Source of the DNA: Promethearchaeota archaeon Loki_b32
Lineage (GTDB): Archaea > Asgardarchaeota > Lokiarchaeia > Sigyniarchaeales > SOKP01
Direction: 5' to 3'
Assembly (NCBI GenBank): GCA_005223125.1
Contig: NJBH01000018.1
Location: forward strand, 1 to 64,000
DNA: 64,000 nt
Shown: one piece after another, positions 30,234 to 40,027 of the stretch
Position numbering within the stretch: the stretch's first letter is position 1
How the letters are laid out: each line of letters starts with the position of its first letter
The notes under the pieces: generated by a model
Told to the model about the DNA's origin: nothing
What the model saw: the letters and a program-made list of their open reading frames with translations, nothing else
Database searches by the model: none
Program-made: the position numbers and the translations under genes

Positions 30234-32621
30234 ATGATCTTTCAAACTATGAAATGCTTATTCTGTGAAAACCAAAGAATCGATTTTACGTGTGAAAAAT
30301 GCAAATCCAGTTTTTGTATTAACCATATAGCAACAACAGAAACTCATGAGTGCCGTAAACACAACCTTTTTTATTCAAAAGTAAAAGCTATAGAAAGGAA
30401 TTACAAATGTACGGTTGTAGAAAACAGCGAATGTCCTGTATGTAAACACCTTTTAAGATTAGAAAGGTTATCTTCTGGTCAATACTTTTTAGAATGTACT
30501 AACCCTGATTGTCCAGAAGCATGGAATTCATACCTTAAAACCCCAGGATTATTCTTTCCTTCAAAGGAAAAACTAGCAAGAGAAGCACTAAGATACAACC
30601 TCATAAGAGGGAATAGGTTAATATTATGTAGTAAGAAGTTAAGACATATTGTAGGAAGGGAAGTTTGTCCTAAATGTTTTTTGGATTTATTAAAAAGAGC
30701 ACCGATCACTAACTTTACAACCATTATGAATTCCTTCAATATCTCTGCGGAGCAAATGATTAAATTTATAAATAAATATATGGAAGAAGAACGAATTTAT
30801 GGAATCATTGATCAAAGAAATCAGATGTTCTATTATATTTCTTCTGAGATGCGTGAAAAAATATTAGCTAAATTTCAAGATGAAGGAATAATTCAAGTAG
30901 CAGATCTGGGTATAATGCTTGATATGAGTTCTGAGATTGCTACAAAGGTGATATACAAATTAATTAATCAGTTTCAAATAAAAGGTTCGTTTTCCTTAGA
31001 TAAAAAGACATACTATACTCAAAAATATATATTGGATAATTTAGTTAAAGAAATTAGTAAAAAAGGCAGGATTTCCTTGAAAAATCTTGCCAATAGCTTT
31101 CACATTCCAAAAGAACTTGTTAAGTCTTTTTGTGTTAATTTAATGAGAACAAAATCTGTTAACGGGTTTTTTGCGGATCGTGGAAATGAAATTATTACCG
31201 CAGATCAGATTTATAAGGATATAAAAGCTTATTCTAAAGAAATGGGATTATTTGAGCTTTCAAAGCTTGCTGCTAAATTAAAAATAGCTGTAGAATTAGC
31301 AAGAAAAAGCCTTCATGAGTTGATTAAAACCGGAAATATCAAAGGAATCTTTACTCAAAGAAGAGAATTCATGACGTATAAACACATGGAGAAAAAAATT
31401 AAAGACCTTGCTCGAGCATATAGAACTATGCCCTTAAGAGAGCTCTCCAATAGATTAGGAGTAACAGAAACAAGCATAGAAGAGAATTTAGCACAAATTA
31501 TAGCCCGAGGTGATATTGATGGATATATTGACATGTCAAAAAGAACATTTGTTGCCTATAGCGTACCAATGGAGGGAAAATCTCATGCAAAACCTAAAGC
31601 AACTAAAAAGGCTACTGATGTTGGGAAAATTGAAGTAGTTCGTGAATATGATTTCATTGGCGGACAATTACACTTTAAGTGCGTTGTCAAGAATAAAAGT
31701 AGTATGGCGATAAATTCAGTAAAAGTCCTTTTAGATGTTCCTTCTAGTTATAAGACTAAAAATCCACTCATAACTATACCCGTTATTGAAGCTAAGAATT
31801 CTAGGGGTGTAGATTTCTATTTAGAGCCAAAAGAATGTGGAATATCGAATATCGGTGGGGATGTCATCTACAAAACTGCTTCAGGAGAAAAAAGAACCAT
31901 ACATATACGAAAAAAATCTGTTCAAATCAAATGTCCCTTAGTCGTATCATGTTTAGCCACAATCGAGGATATTCAAATCACAATTGCAGATCTTCCGAAT
32001 GACGCTAGAGCATTTTTAATTGCAGATATAGATCCACGCTTGGCTTTTAGAGCTGCAATCAGAACAATAAAACGTTTTGAAGTAAGCACAGTAACTTCTC
32101 ATGAAGGAAGTGATGCTAAAGGAAAATATGAAGCCGAAAGTTGGCACTGTTCAGAAGCGAAGGTCGGGGGAGGTAGAATTGTGACAAGAGTATATGTCTC
32201 TGAGGTTAATCAGTCATTAGAGGTTAGAGTTTGGTGTAACCATGCTGGACAGCTAACAGGATTCCTTGCTAAGATAATTGAGTTGTTATTTGAAGAAATC
32301 AATATTATAAGGAAGATTAAATCGGAGGAAAGAGAAAAAACAATTGATATAATGGCAATCACTCAAAATTTAGCAGAAATGTCTGATTATTGCATGTTAA
32401 GATGGAAAGCTCAAAACATAAGAACTAAGCTGCATGATACATTTGTCAGAGTAAGAAAGATTTTAGGAGATAATGAAGTCATTCTTGGGAGAATAGAGTT
32501 CTGGCTTACCCAATTGAATAAATACGGTAAAGATGATAAGATAAGCGATGAGGACGCAGATAAATTGGTAAATGATGTAGAAAATTTTAGGAATGTAATT
32601 GCCAGATCTATTAGATTATAA
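30234..32621 (+). CDS. multidomain protein: AN1-like Zn finger, Zn ribbon, tandem winged-helix (PCI/DDRGK-like) repeats, Ig-like sandwich and platform-like domain
   Basis: CxxC...CxxC...CxxH...HxC; CPVC...CTNPDC; wing motifs IYGIID, IKGSFS, VNGFFA, IKGIFT, IDGYID. Confidence 0.65.
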   Translation: MIFQTMKCLFCENQRIDFTCEKCKSSFCINHIATTETHECRKHNLFYSKVKAIERNYKCTVVENSECPVCKHLLRLERLSSGQYFLECTNPDCPEAWNSYLKTPGLFFPSKEKLAREALRYNLIRGNRLILCSKKLRHIVGREVCPKCFLDLLKRAPITNFTTIMNSFNISAEQMIKFINKYMEEERIYGIIDQRNQMFYYISSEMREKILAKFQDEGIIQVADLGIMLDMSSEIATKVIYKLINQFQIKGSFSLDKKTYYTQKYILDNLVKEISKKGRISLKNLANSFHIPKELVKSFCVNLMRTKSVNGFFADRGNEIITADQIYKDIKAYSKEMGLFELSKLAAKLKIAVELARKSLHELIKTGNIKGIFTQRREFMTYKHMEKKIKDLARAYRTMPLRELSNRLGVTETSIEENLAQIIARGDIDGYIDMSKRTFVAYSVPMEGKSHAKPKATKKATDVGKIEVVREYDFIGGQLHFKCVVKNKSSMAINSVKVLLDVPSSYKTKNPLITIPVIEAKNSRGVDFYLEPKECGISNIGGDVIYKTASGEKRTIHIRKKSVQIKCPLVVSCLATIEDIQITIADLPNDARAFLIADIDPRLAFRAAIRTIKRFEVSTVTSHEGSDAKGKYEAESWHCSEAKVGGGRIVTRVYVSEVNQSLEVRVWCNHAGQLTGFLAKIIELLFEEINIIRKIKSEEREKTIDIMAITQNLAEMSDYCMLRWKAQNIRTKLHDTFVRVRKILGDNEVILGRIEFWLTQLNKYGKDDKISDEDADKLVNDVENFRNVIARSIRL

Positions 32622-32696
32622 AAATATTTTATCAAAAAAAGATTTATAAATTTTTAAATCTAATATAATATTAATAGGAAAAAAGAGGAAAAAAAA

Positions 32697-33113
32697 TTGC
32701 CCATTATCAGCATTAGTATTAATGAAAGTCTTAAGAAATTTATAAATAAACTTGTCTCTAAAAATCAGTATGATAACAAATCTAAATTGATTAGAGACGC
32801 TTTACTACGTTTAATGTCTACAGAAGATATAGCTACTAGTCTTGATACGTCAAGTGATTTAATCCCAATAACAAAAAATATAATTGGTAATATGATCATT
32901 GTTACTCCTATTGATTATAATATTCAAAAGAAATTGAACCGAATTGAAAGTAAGTATAAAGACCAGATTATTAGTAAAAACCAAAATTTTGTGAATCCAA
33001 ATTTTATCAGTTTCATGGTTTATGATGGGAATCTTCAAGATTTCCAAAAACTTGTTGTAGAAATAAATAGTATTAAAGAGATTAAGAATTTCAGGTATCT
33101 TATTATAAATTAA
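32697..33113 (+). CDS. ribbon-helix-helix transcriptional regulator, NikR-like architecture
   Basis: IISISINESL...Y.NKS.LIRDAL plus an ACT-like C-terminal domain; contains no His or Cys. Confidence 0.75.
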   Translation: MPIISISINESLKKFINKLVSKNQYDNKSKLIRDALLRLMSTEDIATSLDTSSDLIPITKNIIGNMIIVTPIDYNIQKKLNRIESKYKDQIISKNQNFVNPNFISFMVYDGNLQDFQKLVVEINSIKEIKNFRYLIIN

Positions 33114-33193
33114 ATTATTTAACTTTTTTTTTGAGCTACGAAAATTATTTCATGAAATATTGAATTTAATATATTCAATTTTGGTGTAGTTCT

Positions 33194-33553
33194 ATGGGAA
33201 AAAATAAATATGGAAAAGGATTTCAAAAAGGAACACAATCAAAGAGGGGGAGTTCAAAAATGGGAGGGGCACCCATCCGTGGCGGAAAGATAAAGGCAAG
33301 CCACATTCTGGTTGAGAAGCTCAGTAAAGCTCAAGAGATTTATGAAGATCTAAAGGCAGGAGAAAAATTTGAACAACTGGCAAACCAATATTCCACATGT
33401 TCGAGTAAGAAAAGAGGGGGTAATTTAGGGGAATTCGCTAAAGGTGATATGGTTCCTGAATTCTGGAATGCGTGCACTAAATTAAATATCGGTGAAATTT
33501 CACAACCTGTAAAATCCAAATTTGGATATCATATTATTAAGCGTACTGGTTAA
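33194..33553 (+). CDS. parvulin-type peptidyl-prolyl isomerase with a basic N-terminal extension
   Basis: ASHILV, F..LA..YS.C.S...GG.LG.F..G.MV.EF, PVKSKFGYHII. Confidence 0.93.
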   Translation: MGKNKYGKGFQKGTQSKRGSSKMGGAPIRGGKIKASHILVEKLSKAQEIYEDLKAGEKFEQLANQYSTCSSKKRGGNLGEFAKGDMVPEFWNACTKLNIGEISQPVKSKFGYHIIKRTG

Positions 33554-33804
33554 ATTGAATAAATTTAAGTTTATTCCGAATCCCTTACGAGGATAATCAT
33601 CCTATAATTAGAATTTATTTTATTGGAATCATCATTCTCGGGTTACAAATAAATTTTAAATGTTTTAAACAGGGTGATTTTGGAAAAAGTATGTTCTTCA
33701 ATGATATATTCTAAATCTAATTGAAGGAACTGAAATAGTTAATCCCATAAAAGTAAAGAATAATCTTAATATTTCTAATCGACAACAATTTAAAAAAGGA
33801 GTTA

Positions 33805-33935
33805 TAGCCCAGCACGGAATTCCGATACACGATAAATTCGTTAATTTTTCGAACCGTGGTCTAGGGGTATCTCCAAGATCGTAGATGTTTAGACTTATCA
33901 GGGCCCCCGATGCTTGACCGCTACACCACTGGGCT
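33805..33935 (-). tRNA. tRNA-Gln: tRNA-Gln(CUG) with two 29-nt BHB introns (37/38 at 33869-33897; 59/60 at 33819-33847)
   Basis: Acceptor stem AGCCCAG/CTGGGCT (A1-U72), D arm GTGTAGCGGTCAAGCAT, anticodon stem GGGGG/CCCCT, T arm CACGG-TTCGAA|T-CCGTG; both introns fold as bulge-helix-bulge. Confidence 0.88.
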
Positions 33936-34096
33936 ATATTTGATTATTAATAATTTGATAACTCTAAAAAACTTTCTTAATCAAAATAAAAATTAGTCTA
34001 TTTTGAAAAAGAACTTGTTTTTTATAAAAAGTTTTGATTTAATATTTTTTTGTTAAATAAGATAGATTTTTATTTATTATACTCTATATATATACT

Positions 34097-34233
34097 GGAT
34101 TACACACACTTGATCGGAGGACTCAAAAAGATATCAGTTTAAAAAACTAGTTTTTAAAAAACCCCGTGTGACTGAAAAAAAAAAAACAGTAAACTGAAAA
34201 TACTTTTTTACCTATTTCCTCCTAGTGTAATCC
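34097..34233. ncRNA. candidate rod-like structured RNA (nested inverted repeats)
   Basis: GGATTACAC/GTGTAATCC, GGAGGA/TCCTCC, AAAAAG/CTTTTT and TCAGTTTA/TAAACTGA pair in nested order. Confidence 0.45.
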
Positions 34234-34339
34234 TCTTTTATAGTCTATATTATTGCTATATTATAATTATGGTTCTACCATCTTGGTTCAAATTTAAAGA
34301 AACTTTATGTTAAAAAAACCTATCTTTTTAAAAAAAAGA

Positions 34340-35539
34340 TCATTTATTTTTCTGAAATCCTTCAAAAATTTCATTGAAATATTTATCAGACATACCAGCA
34401 ATGTAATCCCTAACAATAAGGGTTAATTGGTTTTTCTTTTTGAGGGGTTCAAAATAAGTGCTATAATTTTGATTATCGATATATTCAATGTGATCTTTAA
34501 AGACGGGGGCATCATATTTTTCTTGTTTTAAATCAGCTAAAGATCTTTCAAAAATTAATAAAAATTTATCCTTTAATATGTCTAAAAATGTTTTTTCAGA
34601 TGAGAACGTTTCTAAATCTCTTCTAATATAGATTTTTTCATAATTAAAAGCTTTCAATTCTTTTAGAGCGTGGAAGATTTCATCGCTATACCCTATGACA
34701 TCATTATCTAGGCTAAAATTAAGTAAATCTGTTATCAATGTGTCTATTATCTTAGGATTTGTATCTCCTAGAACTTTTTTACTTATTTCAGGGATTTCCT
34801 TCCTACTGATGAATTTTAAAAGGATAGCATCTTCAATATCTCTTCCAATATAGGAAATCGTGTCGCTAAACTTTACAACAATTGCTTCAGAACTCATTGG
34901 GACTCGTTTAATTCTGTTTTCATTAAAACAATCTTCAAATTCTTTAAAATGGTCTTCCCAAGTCTTTCCATTTCTTTTATTTGGTTTTAATTTTTGTTCA
35001 TTTACCTCTCCATCATGGCAAAGTATACCGTCTAGAACTTGTAAAGTTAAGTTGAGTCCATTTGCAGGTTCTTCCGGAAATCGTTTCTCAAGATGAGAAA
35101 GCCATCTTATTCCTTGTGCATTATGACTAAATGTACCTAAATCATAGTCTCTACTAATATTACTTAATATTTCTTCCCCTAAGTGACCATAAGGAGCATG
35201 ACCGATATCGTGTCCTAGGGCTATTGCTTCTATCAAATCAGTATTTAATCTTAAAACTCGACCTATTTGACGTGCAATTCTTGAAACAATGTGAACGTGG
35301 AGTGAACGGTGTGTAATGTTTGCATTATTTACCTCAAAAAAGACTTGAGTTTTATCTATATAACGAGCATAAGCTTTAGAATGAACAATTCGATCAACAT
35401 CTCTAAAGAAAGGGGGTCTAATTTCTTCGCCTTGTTCTTTATAATATCTAATCGCTTCAGAATCTAAAATTCCATGAATTCCAACATTCACATCCCTCTT
35501 CATACGAGTTTGTAGAAGATCAATTGTTCGTTTATCCAT
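34340..35539 (-). CDS. dgt: HD-domain dNTP triphosphohydrolase (dGTPase-like)
   Basis: FFRD.DRI.HS.AY.R..DKTQV, HRSLH, LGHDIGH.PYGH.GE, DTISY...DIED, DYIAGMSD. Confidence 0.9.
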   Translation of the reverse strand: MDKRTIDLLQTRMKRDVNVGIHGILDSEAIRYYKEQGEEIRPPFFRDVDRIVHSKAYARYIDKTQVFFEVNNANITHRSLHVHIVSRIARQIGRVLRLNTDLIEAIALGHDIGHAPYGHLGEEILSNISRDYDLGTFSHNAQGIRWLSHLEKRFPEEPANGLNLTLQVLDGILCHDGEVNEQKLKPNKRNGKTWEDHFKEFEDCFNENRIKRVPMSSEAIVVKFSDTISYIGRDIEDAILLKFISRKEIPEISKKVLGDTNPKIIDTLITDLLNFSLDNDVIGYSDEIFHALKELKAFNYEKIYIRRDLETFSSEKTFLDILKDKFLLIFERSLADLKQEKYDAPVFKDHIEYIDNQNYSTYFEPLKKKNQLTLIVRDYIAGMSDKYFNEIFEGFQKNK

Positions 35540-35699
35540 GACTTCAAAAAACCTATCATTTTGTATTTATATCGAAGATAATAATGATATAAGAAAGAAT
35601 TGACTCTTAAGAAGATTATACCACTTCAGTATTAAAATTTATCGGATTTAAGTCGGAAGGTGTCAAAACTGATTTTTTATTTTTTATAATTAAGGATTT

Positions 35700-36650
35700 T
35701 CATCCTATTTTTATATCAATTGCTTTATATGGGCAAGCCTCTTTACATTTCAAGCAGTAGTTACATTCACCTTTTCCCGTAAAAAACTCAAAAGGTTCAT
35801 CTAATATCCTTATTTGCTTTGGGCATACTTTTTCGCATATTCCACACTCTGTTCTCCCCACACATCTAACCGGACTTCTTGATAATTTCAAGAAGGAATA
35901 TTCACCAATAACTGAAGCACATGCACCAAACGGACAAAAATATCTACAATAAGCTCGTGGATACCACACTGATAAAACTATAAGAATTAAAAAGAAGATA
36001 GAAATAAAAAATACTAATAGATTGGAAAAAATTGGACCTAAACTACTTGTTTGAAATATCTCCTTAATCATATTTGGGAAAAATACAAAAACATATTCAG
36101 ATAGGGAGAAATAAGATAATGGTTTATCTCCAAAATCACCTAGGTTATTTTTATAATCTATGTAAAATGATATATTTGTAGAATAGGTAATACCTAATGG
36201 AATTAGAAGAATTATCAAAAAGATAATTGTAACATACTTTATTTTCAATAATGATTTATGCGTACTAATCTTCAATACTTTTTTATTTGTTGGAATCGCG
36301 GCAAGGGCATCTTGGATTGTACCAATAGGGCATATCCATCCACAGAAGAATCTATTTGTGAATAATACAACTAAAATTAAAACACCTATAAGAAATATAG
36401 GAATTACACCTACAGTGATTGAAAAGAAGATATATTCTAAAATTCCCGCTCCATTTGATAGTGGATTTCGAGGAGAATTCAAAACAGGTAGTATTTTAAA
36501 AAGGCTCTCAAAACCAATTAAATTAACAGAAAAGATTAATTCTAAGATAACGTAATTAATGAGGATGAAAGCGATAATTTGGACTATGCGTCTAAATATA
36601 GTTATGAGATGATCTTTTATCTTGAAGTCTTTTAAATTCAAATATTTCAC
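35700..36650 (-). CDS. NapH/MauN-type membrane 4Fe-4S protein
   Basis: RFFCGWICPIG, YCRYFCPFG, C..C..VCP and CNYCLKCKEACP. Confidence 0.88.
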   Translation of the reverse strand: MKYLNLKDFKIKDHLITIFRRIVQIIAFILINYVILELIFSVNLIGFESLFKILPVLNSPRNPLSNGAGILEYIFFSITVGVIPIFLIGVLILVVLFTNRFFCGWICPIGTIQDALAAIPTNKKVLKISTHKSLLKIKYVTIIFLIILLIPLGITYSTNISFYIDYKNNLGDFGDKPLSYFSLSEYVFVFFPNMIKEIFQTSSLGPIFSNLLVFFISIFFLILIVLSVWYPRAYCRYFCPFGACASVIGEYSFLKLSRSPVRCVGRTECGICEKVCPKQIRILDEPFEFFTGKGECNYCLKCKEACPYKAIDIKIG

Positions 36651-36858
36651 AAAACACTATTTAAAAAGATTAATTAATACTGTTTAAAAAAATTAATTTT
36701 TCTCTAAAAAAATAATCACAAGAAATTTCTTCTTGGACTTTTAAATTCTGGAATTCGAAAGATTTTGATATTAATTTTTGGTTTAGAAAATTTTTTAATT
36801 TATATATTATGGGAGATTGCCAAGATTCGTGAGATCCTATATCACCTTAAAGTTTTAC

Positions 36859-38769
36859 CTATTTTAGAAAAAGAGTCTCCAAATTTTTTGGAGCTCTTGT
36901 TGATTTTCTAAGTTTTTTATGTATCATCGTTGATAAGCTTATGGCCTTAGATTCTTCTCCATGGTTTACTATGATAGATTTCGGTCGTGGTTGGATCCTT
37001 CTCAAGAATTGAGATATTTGACTACGAGATGAATGTCCACTAAATCCTTCAAGAATAAATACTTTCAAGTTCATTTTTACTAGCTGGGTTCGACCTTTCG
37101 CGTTTATGTACTGGAATTCCCGAAATCCACGTAGAATACGATTTCCAAGAGTACCTGAAACTTGATAAGACACAAAAATCAAGGAATTTTTAGAGTCGCT
37201 TGCTAACGCCCTTAAATATTGTACCGATGGACCACCAATAAGCATTCCACTAGTAGCCATAATGATACAGGGTCCCCCTTTGATAATATCTAATCTTTCT
37301 TCTTTTGCTGATACCGTTTCAAAATAATCGCTTAGGAAGGGATTTTTCCCTTGATGTAAGATCTTTTCCCGCAAATCATTGCTGAGAAAATCGGGATTAG
37401 CAGTATGAATAGCTGTCGCTTCACTAATTAATCCATCGATAAAAATAGGAACTTTATCGATAAATCCTTTTGAAATATACTCTTCTAAAACAATTAATAA
37501 TTCTTGAGCTCTCCCAACAGCTAACACAGGAATTAAAACCTTTCCACCTCTCTTAAGGGTAGAGTTTAAGATCTGTTTTAATTCTTTTTCAGATTCTTGT
37601 CTGCTAGGAATTCGATCTTGTGGACCACCATAAGTAGATTCTATTAAAAGACTTTCTACTCTTGGGAATTTAACAGCTGCTTTTTCTAGTAATCTTGTTT
37701 TTTGAAATTTAAAGTCTCCCGTATACACAAAATTATAATCTCCTTTTCCAAAATGTAAGTGTATCATAGATGATCCTAAAATATGTCCAGAATTATGAAG
37801 AGTTAACTTAATATCTGGTGCGATATCTGTTACTTTCCCCCAAGAAAGAGGAATAGTATGAAGTACCGTTGATTTAACATCTCTTTTCGAATATGGTGAT
37901 GGTGATCCTTCTTTATCACAAATCTGAATGAAATCTAATTGGAGCATTGTGGAGAGATTACGTGTTGGTAATGTAGAATAAACGGGTCCGCGATATCCAT
38001 ACTTATAGAGAAATGGGACAAGACCAGAATGATCTAAATGTGCATGTGAAATAATAACCGCATCAAGATCTCTTATAGAAAATTCTGGTATGTAGAAATA
38101 GGGAAATCTATCATTAGGATTCCCCACGTTTAATCCACAATCTAGTAATACATTACTATCTCTTGTCTGCATTAATATGCATGATCTACCTACTTCCCGA
38201 AAACCGCCTAATGCAGTCATTCTGATATTTAAATCTTTAAAGAGAGCAGGTCTATGGATTCTTTTACCTATTTTCAGTAGAATATCTTTTTGAGTCTGTC
38301 GTTCTTTTGTAAGCATACCTCTGATCAATTGAATTGTTCTTGAAGGTAATGGAGGTGTTCGAATGGTCCTGGGCTGCCAAAAAGTGTTTGTTCTTATATC
38401 TTTTAAATTAACTCCTTTTTTCCCAATAACAAGCCCTGGTTTCCCAGACTCAATAATAACTTCACCTCTAGTGTGATCAAATTCAATATTGGAAATCTCA
38501 GCATCTTCGTTTATTAAATTTCTAATATAGCTCTCAGTTTCTGCTGGATCTTTGCGTTTATCTACATTCCAACGAAAGACAACACGCTTTCGCATGGTTT
38601 TTGCTAAATCCTTTAATACTGTTGAACTTTCAATAGCCTCCACATCTGAATTCTCAGAATAAACAGCTATCTCGGGCCCCTCAAACTCTATCTTCTTTAC
38701 GATAATTTCTGGGGGAAGGATTTGGACAATTTCATTCTTAATTCGTTTTAATTCAGTTTCAAAACTCAT
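36859..38769 (-). CDS. fttA: archaeal beta-CASP ribonuclease aCPSF1 / termination factor FttA
   Basis: KH domains (KPGLVIGKKG), LGGFREVGRS, SHAHLDH, GHILGS, ESTYG, FSGHS. Confidence 0.96.
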   Translation of the reverse strand: MSFETELKRIKNEIVQILPPEIIVKKIEFEGPEIAVYSENSDVEAIESSTVLKDLAKTMRKRVVFRWNVDKRKDPAETESYIRNLINEDAEISNIEFDHTRGEVIIESGKPGLVIGKKGVNLKDIRTNTFWQPRTIRTPPLPSRTIQLIRGMLTKERQTQKDILLKIGKRIHRPALFKDLNIRMTALGGFREVGRSCILMQTRDSNVLLDCGLNVGNPNDRFPYFYIPEFSIRDLDAVIISHAHLDHSGLVPFLYKYGYRGPVYSTLPTRNLSTMLQLDFIQICDKEGSPSPYSKRDVKSTVLHTIPLSWGKVTDIAPDIKLTLHNSGHILGSSMIHLHFGKGDYNFVYTGDFKFQKTRLLEKAAVKFPRVESLLIESTYGGPQDRIPSRQESEKELKQILNSTLKRGGKVLIPVLAVGRAQELLIVLEEYISKGFIDKVPIFIDGLISEATAIHTANPDFLSNDLREKILHQGKNPFLSDYFETVSAKEERLDIIKGGPCIIMATSGMLIGGPSVQYLRALASDSKNSLIFVSYQVSGTLGNRILRGFREFQYINAKGRTQLVKMNLKVFILEGFSGHSSRSQISQFLRRIQPRPKSIIVNHGEESKAISLSTMIHKKLRKSTRAPKNLETLFLK

Positions 38770-39185
38770 AAATCTTCATTACGCTGGTTAATTAATTTTT
38801 CTAATGGATGTCTTAATGATTTATTTAATTCGTAAAATTTAGATTCTTATTTCATGATTTCTTATTTTTTCTTAACATAGATATAATTCAATAATAACAC
38901 TCAATCTTTCACTTATCTGTAGAGATGGTTTGTTGATTTGTAAATGCTTCTTTTTAATAAATAGTATTAAATTCTCTTACATACAGTTTATTTTAGAAAG
39001 AGAATGATTTTTAGAATGAAATATTACTAAATTTCTAAGATAAATATGAATTAATCAAATAAAAACATTTTCATTATAAAACAACAAAAAACTTTTTATA
39101 TTCTATTTTTTTGAAAACTATTTTCTTCTTGATAATTCTTCATTAATAAGTTATATTTTTTTGAGAAAAAATCCTAGAGTTCATT

Positions 39186-39818
39186 ATGGGAAAACTAAAA
39201 ATAGGAGCAATTGCATCTGGGTCTGGCTCAAATTTTGAAGCAATTGTTAACGCATGTGAAAAAGGAATATTGAAGAAGAAAGCGACAGTAGAAGTTTTAA
39301 TTTGTAATAAAGCGAGAGCTTATTGTATGGAGAGAGCTAAAAATCATAATATACCTTATGTTTTAATTGAATCCAATATGGAAGATGAGACTAGAGAAGA
39401 ATTCGACCAAAAAATGATAGATGTACTTGACAAATATGATTGTGAACTCATCGTGCTTGTTGGCTATATGCTTTTTGTTAGCGAAATGTTCATAAACCGT
39501 TTTAATGGAAATATTATGAATATTCATCCTGCCCTCCTTCCTAGCTTTAAAGGTATGCATGCCCATGAAGACACATTAGCCTATGGTGTTAAAGTCTCGG
39601 GGGTTACTGTTCATTTTGTTGATATTCATGAAGATCATGGACCTATTATCATTCAGAAGTGTGTACCCGTTTATGATACAGATACTAAGGAGACTTTAGG
39701 GCCCAGAATTCTAAAGTGGGAACATAAAGCATTTCCAAAAGCAATAGAACTTTTTTGTGATAAAAGACTTCATATCGAAGATCGAATAGTAAAGATTGAC
39801 GGTGAAGTTAAATTATAA
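39186..39818 (+). CDS. purN: phosphoribosylglycinamide formyltransferase
   Basis: SGSGSNF, NIHPALLPSFKG, GVTVHFV...D.GPII.Q. Confidence 0.95.
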   Translation: MGKLKIGAIASGSGSNFEAIVNACEKGILKKKATVEVLICNKARAYCMERAKNHNIPYVLIESNMEDETREEFDQKMIDVLDKYDCELIVLVGYMLFVSEMFINRFNGNIMNIHPALLPSFKGMHAHEDTLAYGVKVSGVTVHFVDIHEDHGPIIIQKCVPVYDTDTKETLGPRILKWEHKAFPKAIELFCDKRLHIEDRIVKIDGEVKL

Positions 39819-39838
39819 CCTTTATTAATATTACTTAA

Positions 39839-39939
39839 GGGAAATGATTTTTTAATGTGCTATCTGACCCAGCTGAAATTGATAACTTTACCATCAATTA
39901 AATGAAGAAGATCTTGAGTAGCGAGAAAAATCATTTCCC
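39839..39939 (+). ncRNA. candidate structured RNA with a 14-bp closing stem and a kink-turn
   Basis: Perfect inverted repeat GGGAAATGATTTTT/AAAAATCATTTCCC; inner GCTA/TAGC; CTGA-AATTGAT...ATCAATT-AAATGAAG. Confidence 0.5.
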
Positions 39940-40027
39940 GCTAATTTTCCTTTTATTAAAATCCTAAAATTTTAATCAAATTATTTATAATTCTAAATAA
40001 GTTTATAGAAAAACTTTTCATTGGATT

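Noticed and set aside
39839-39939. SECIS element or known riboswitch
   Set aside because: The GA motifs have K-turn rather than SECIS orientation, neighbouring genes have no in-frame TGA, and there is no TPP, fluoride or ZTP consensus
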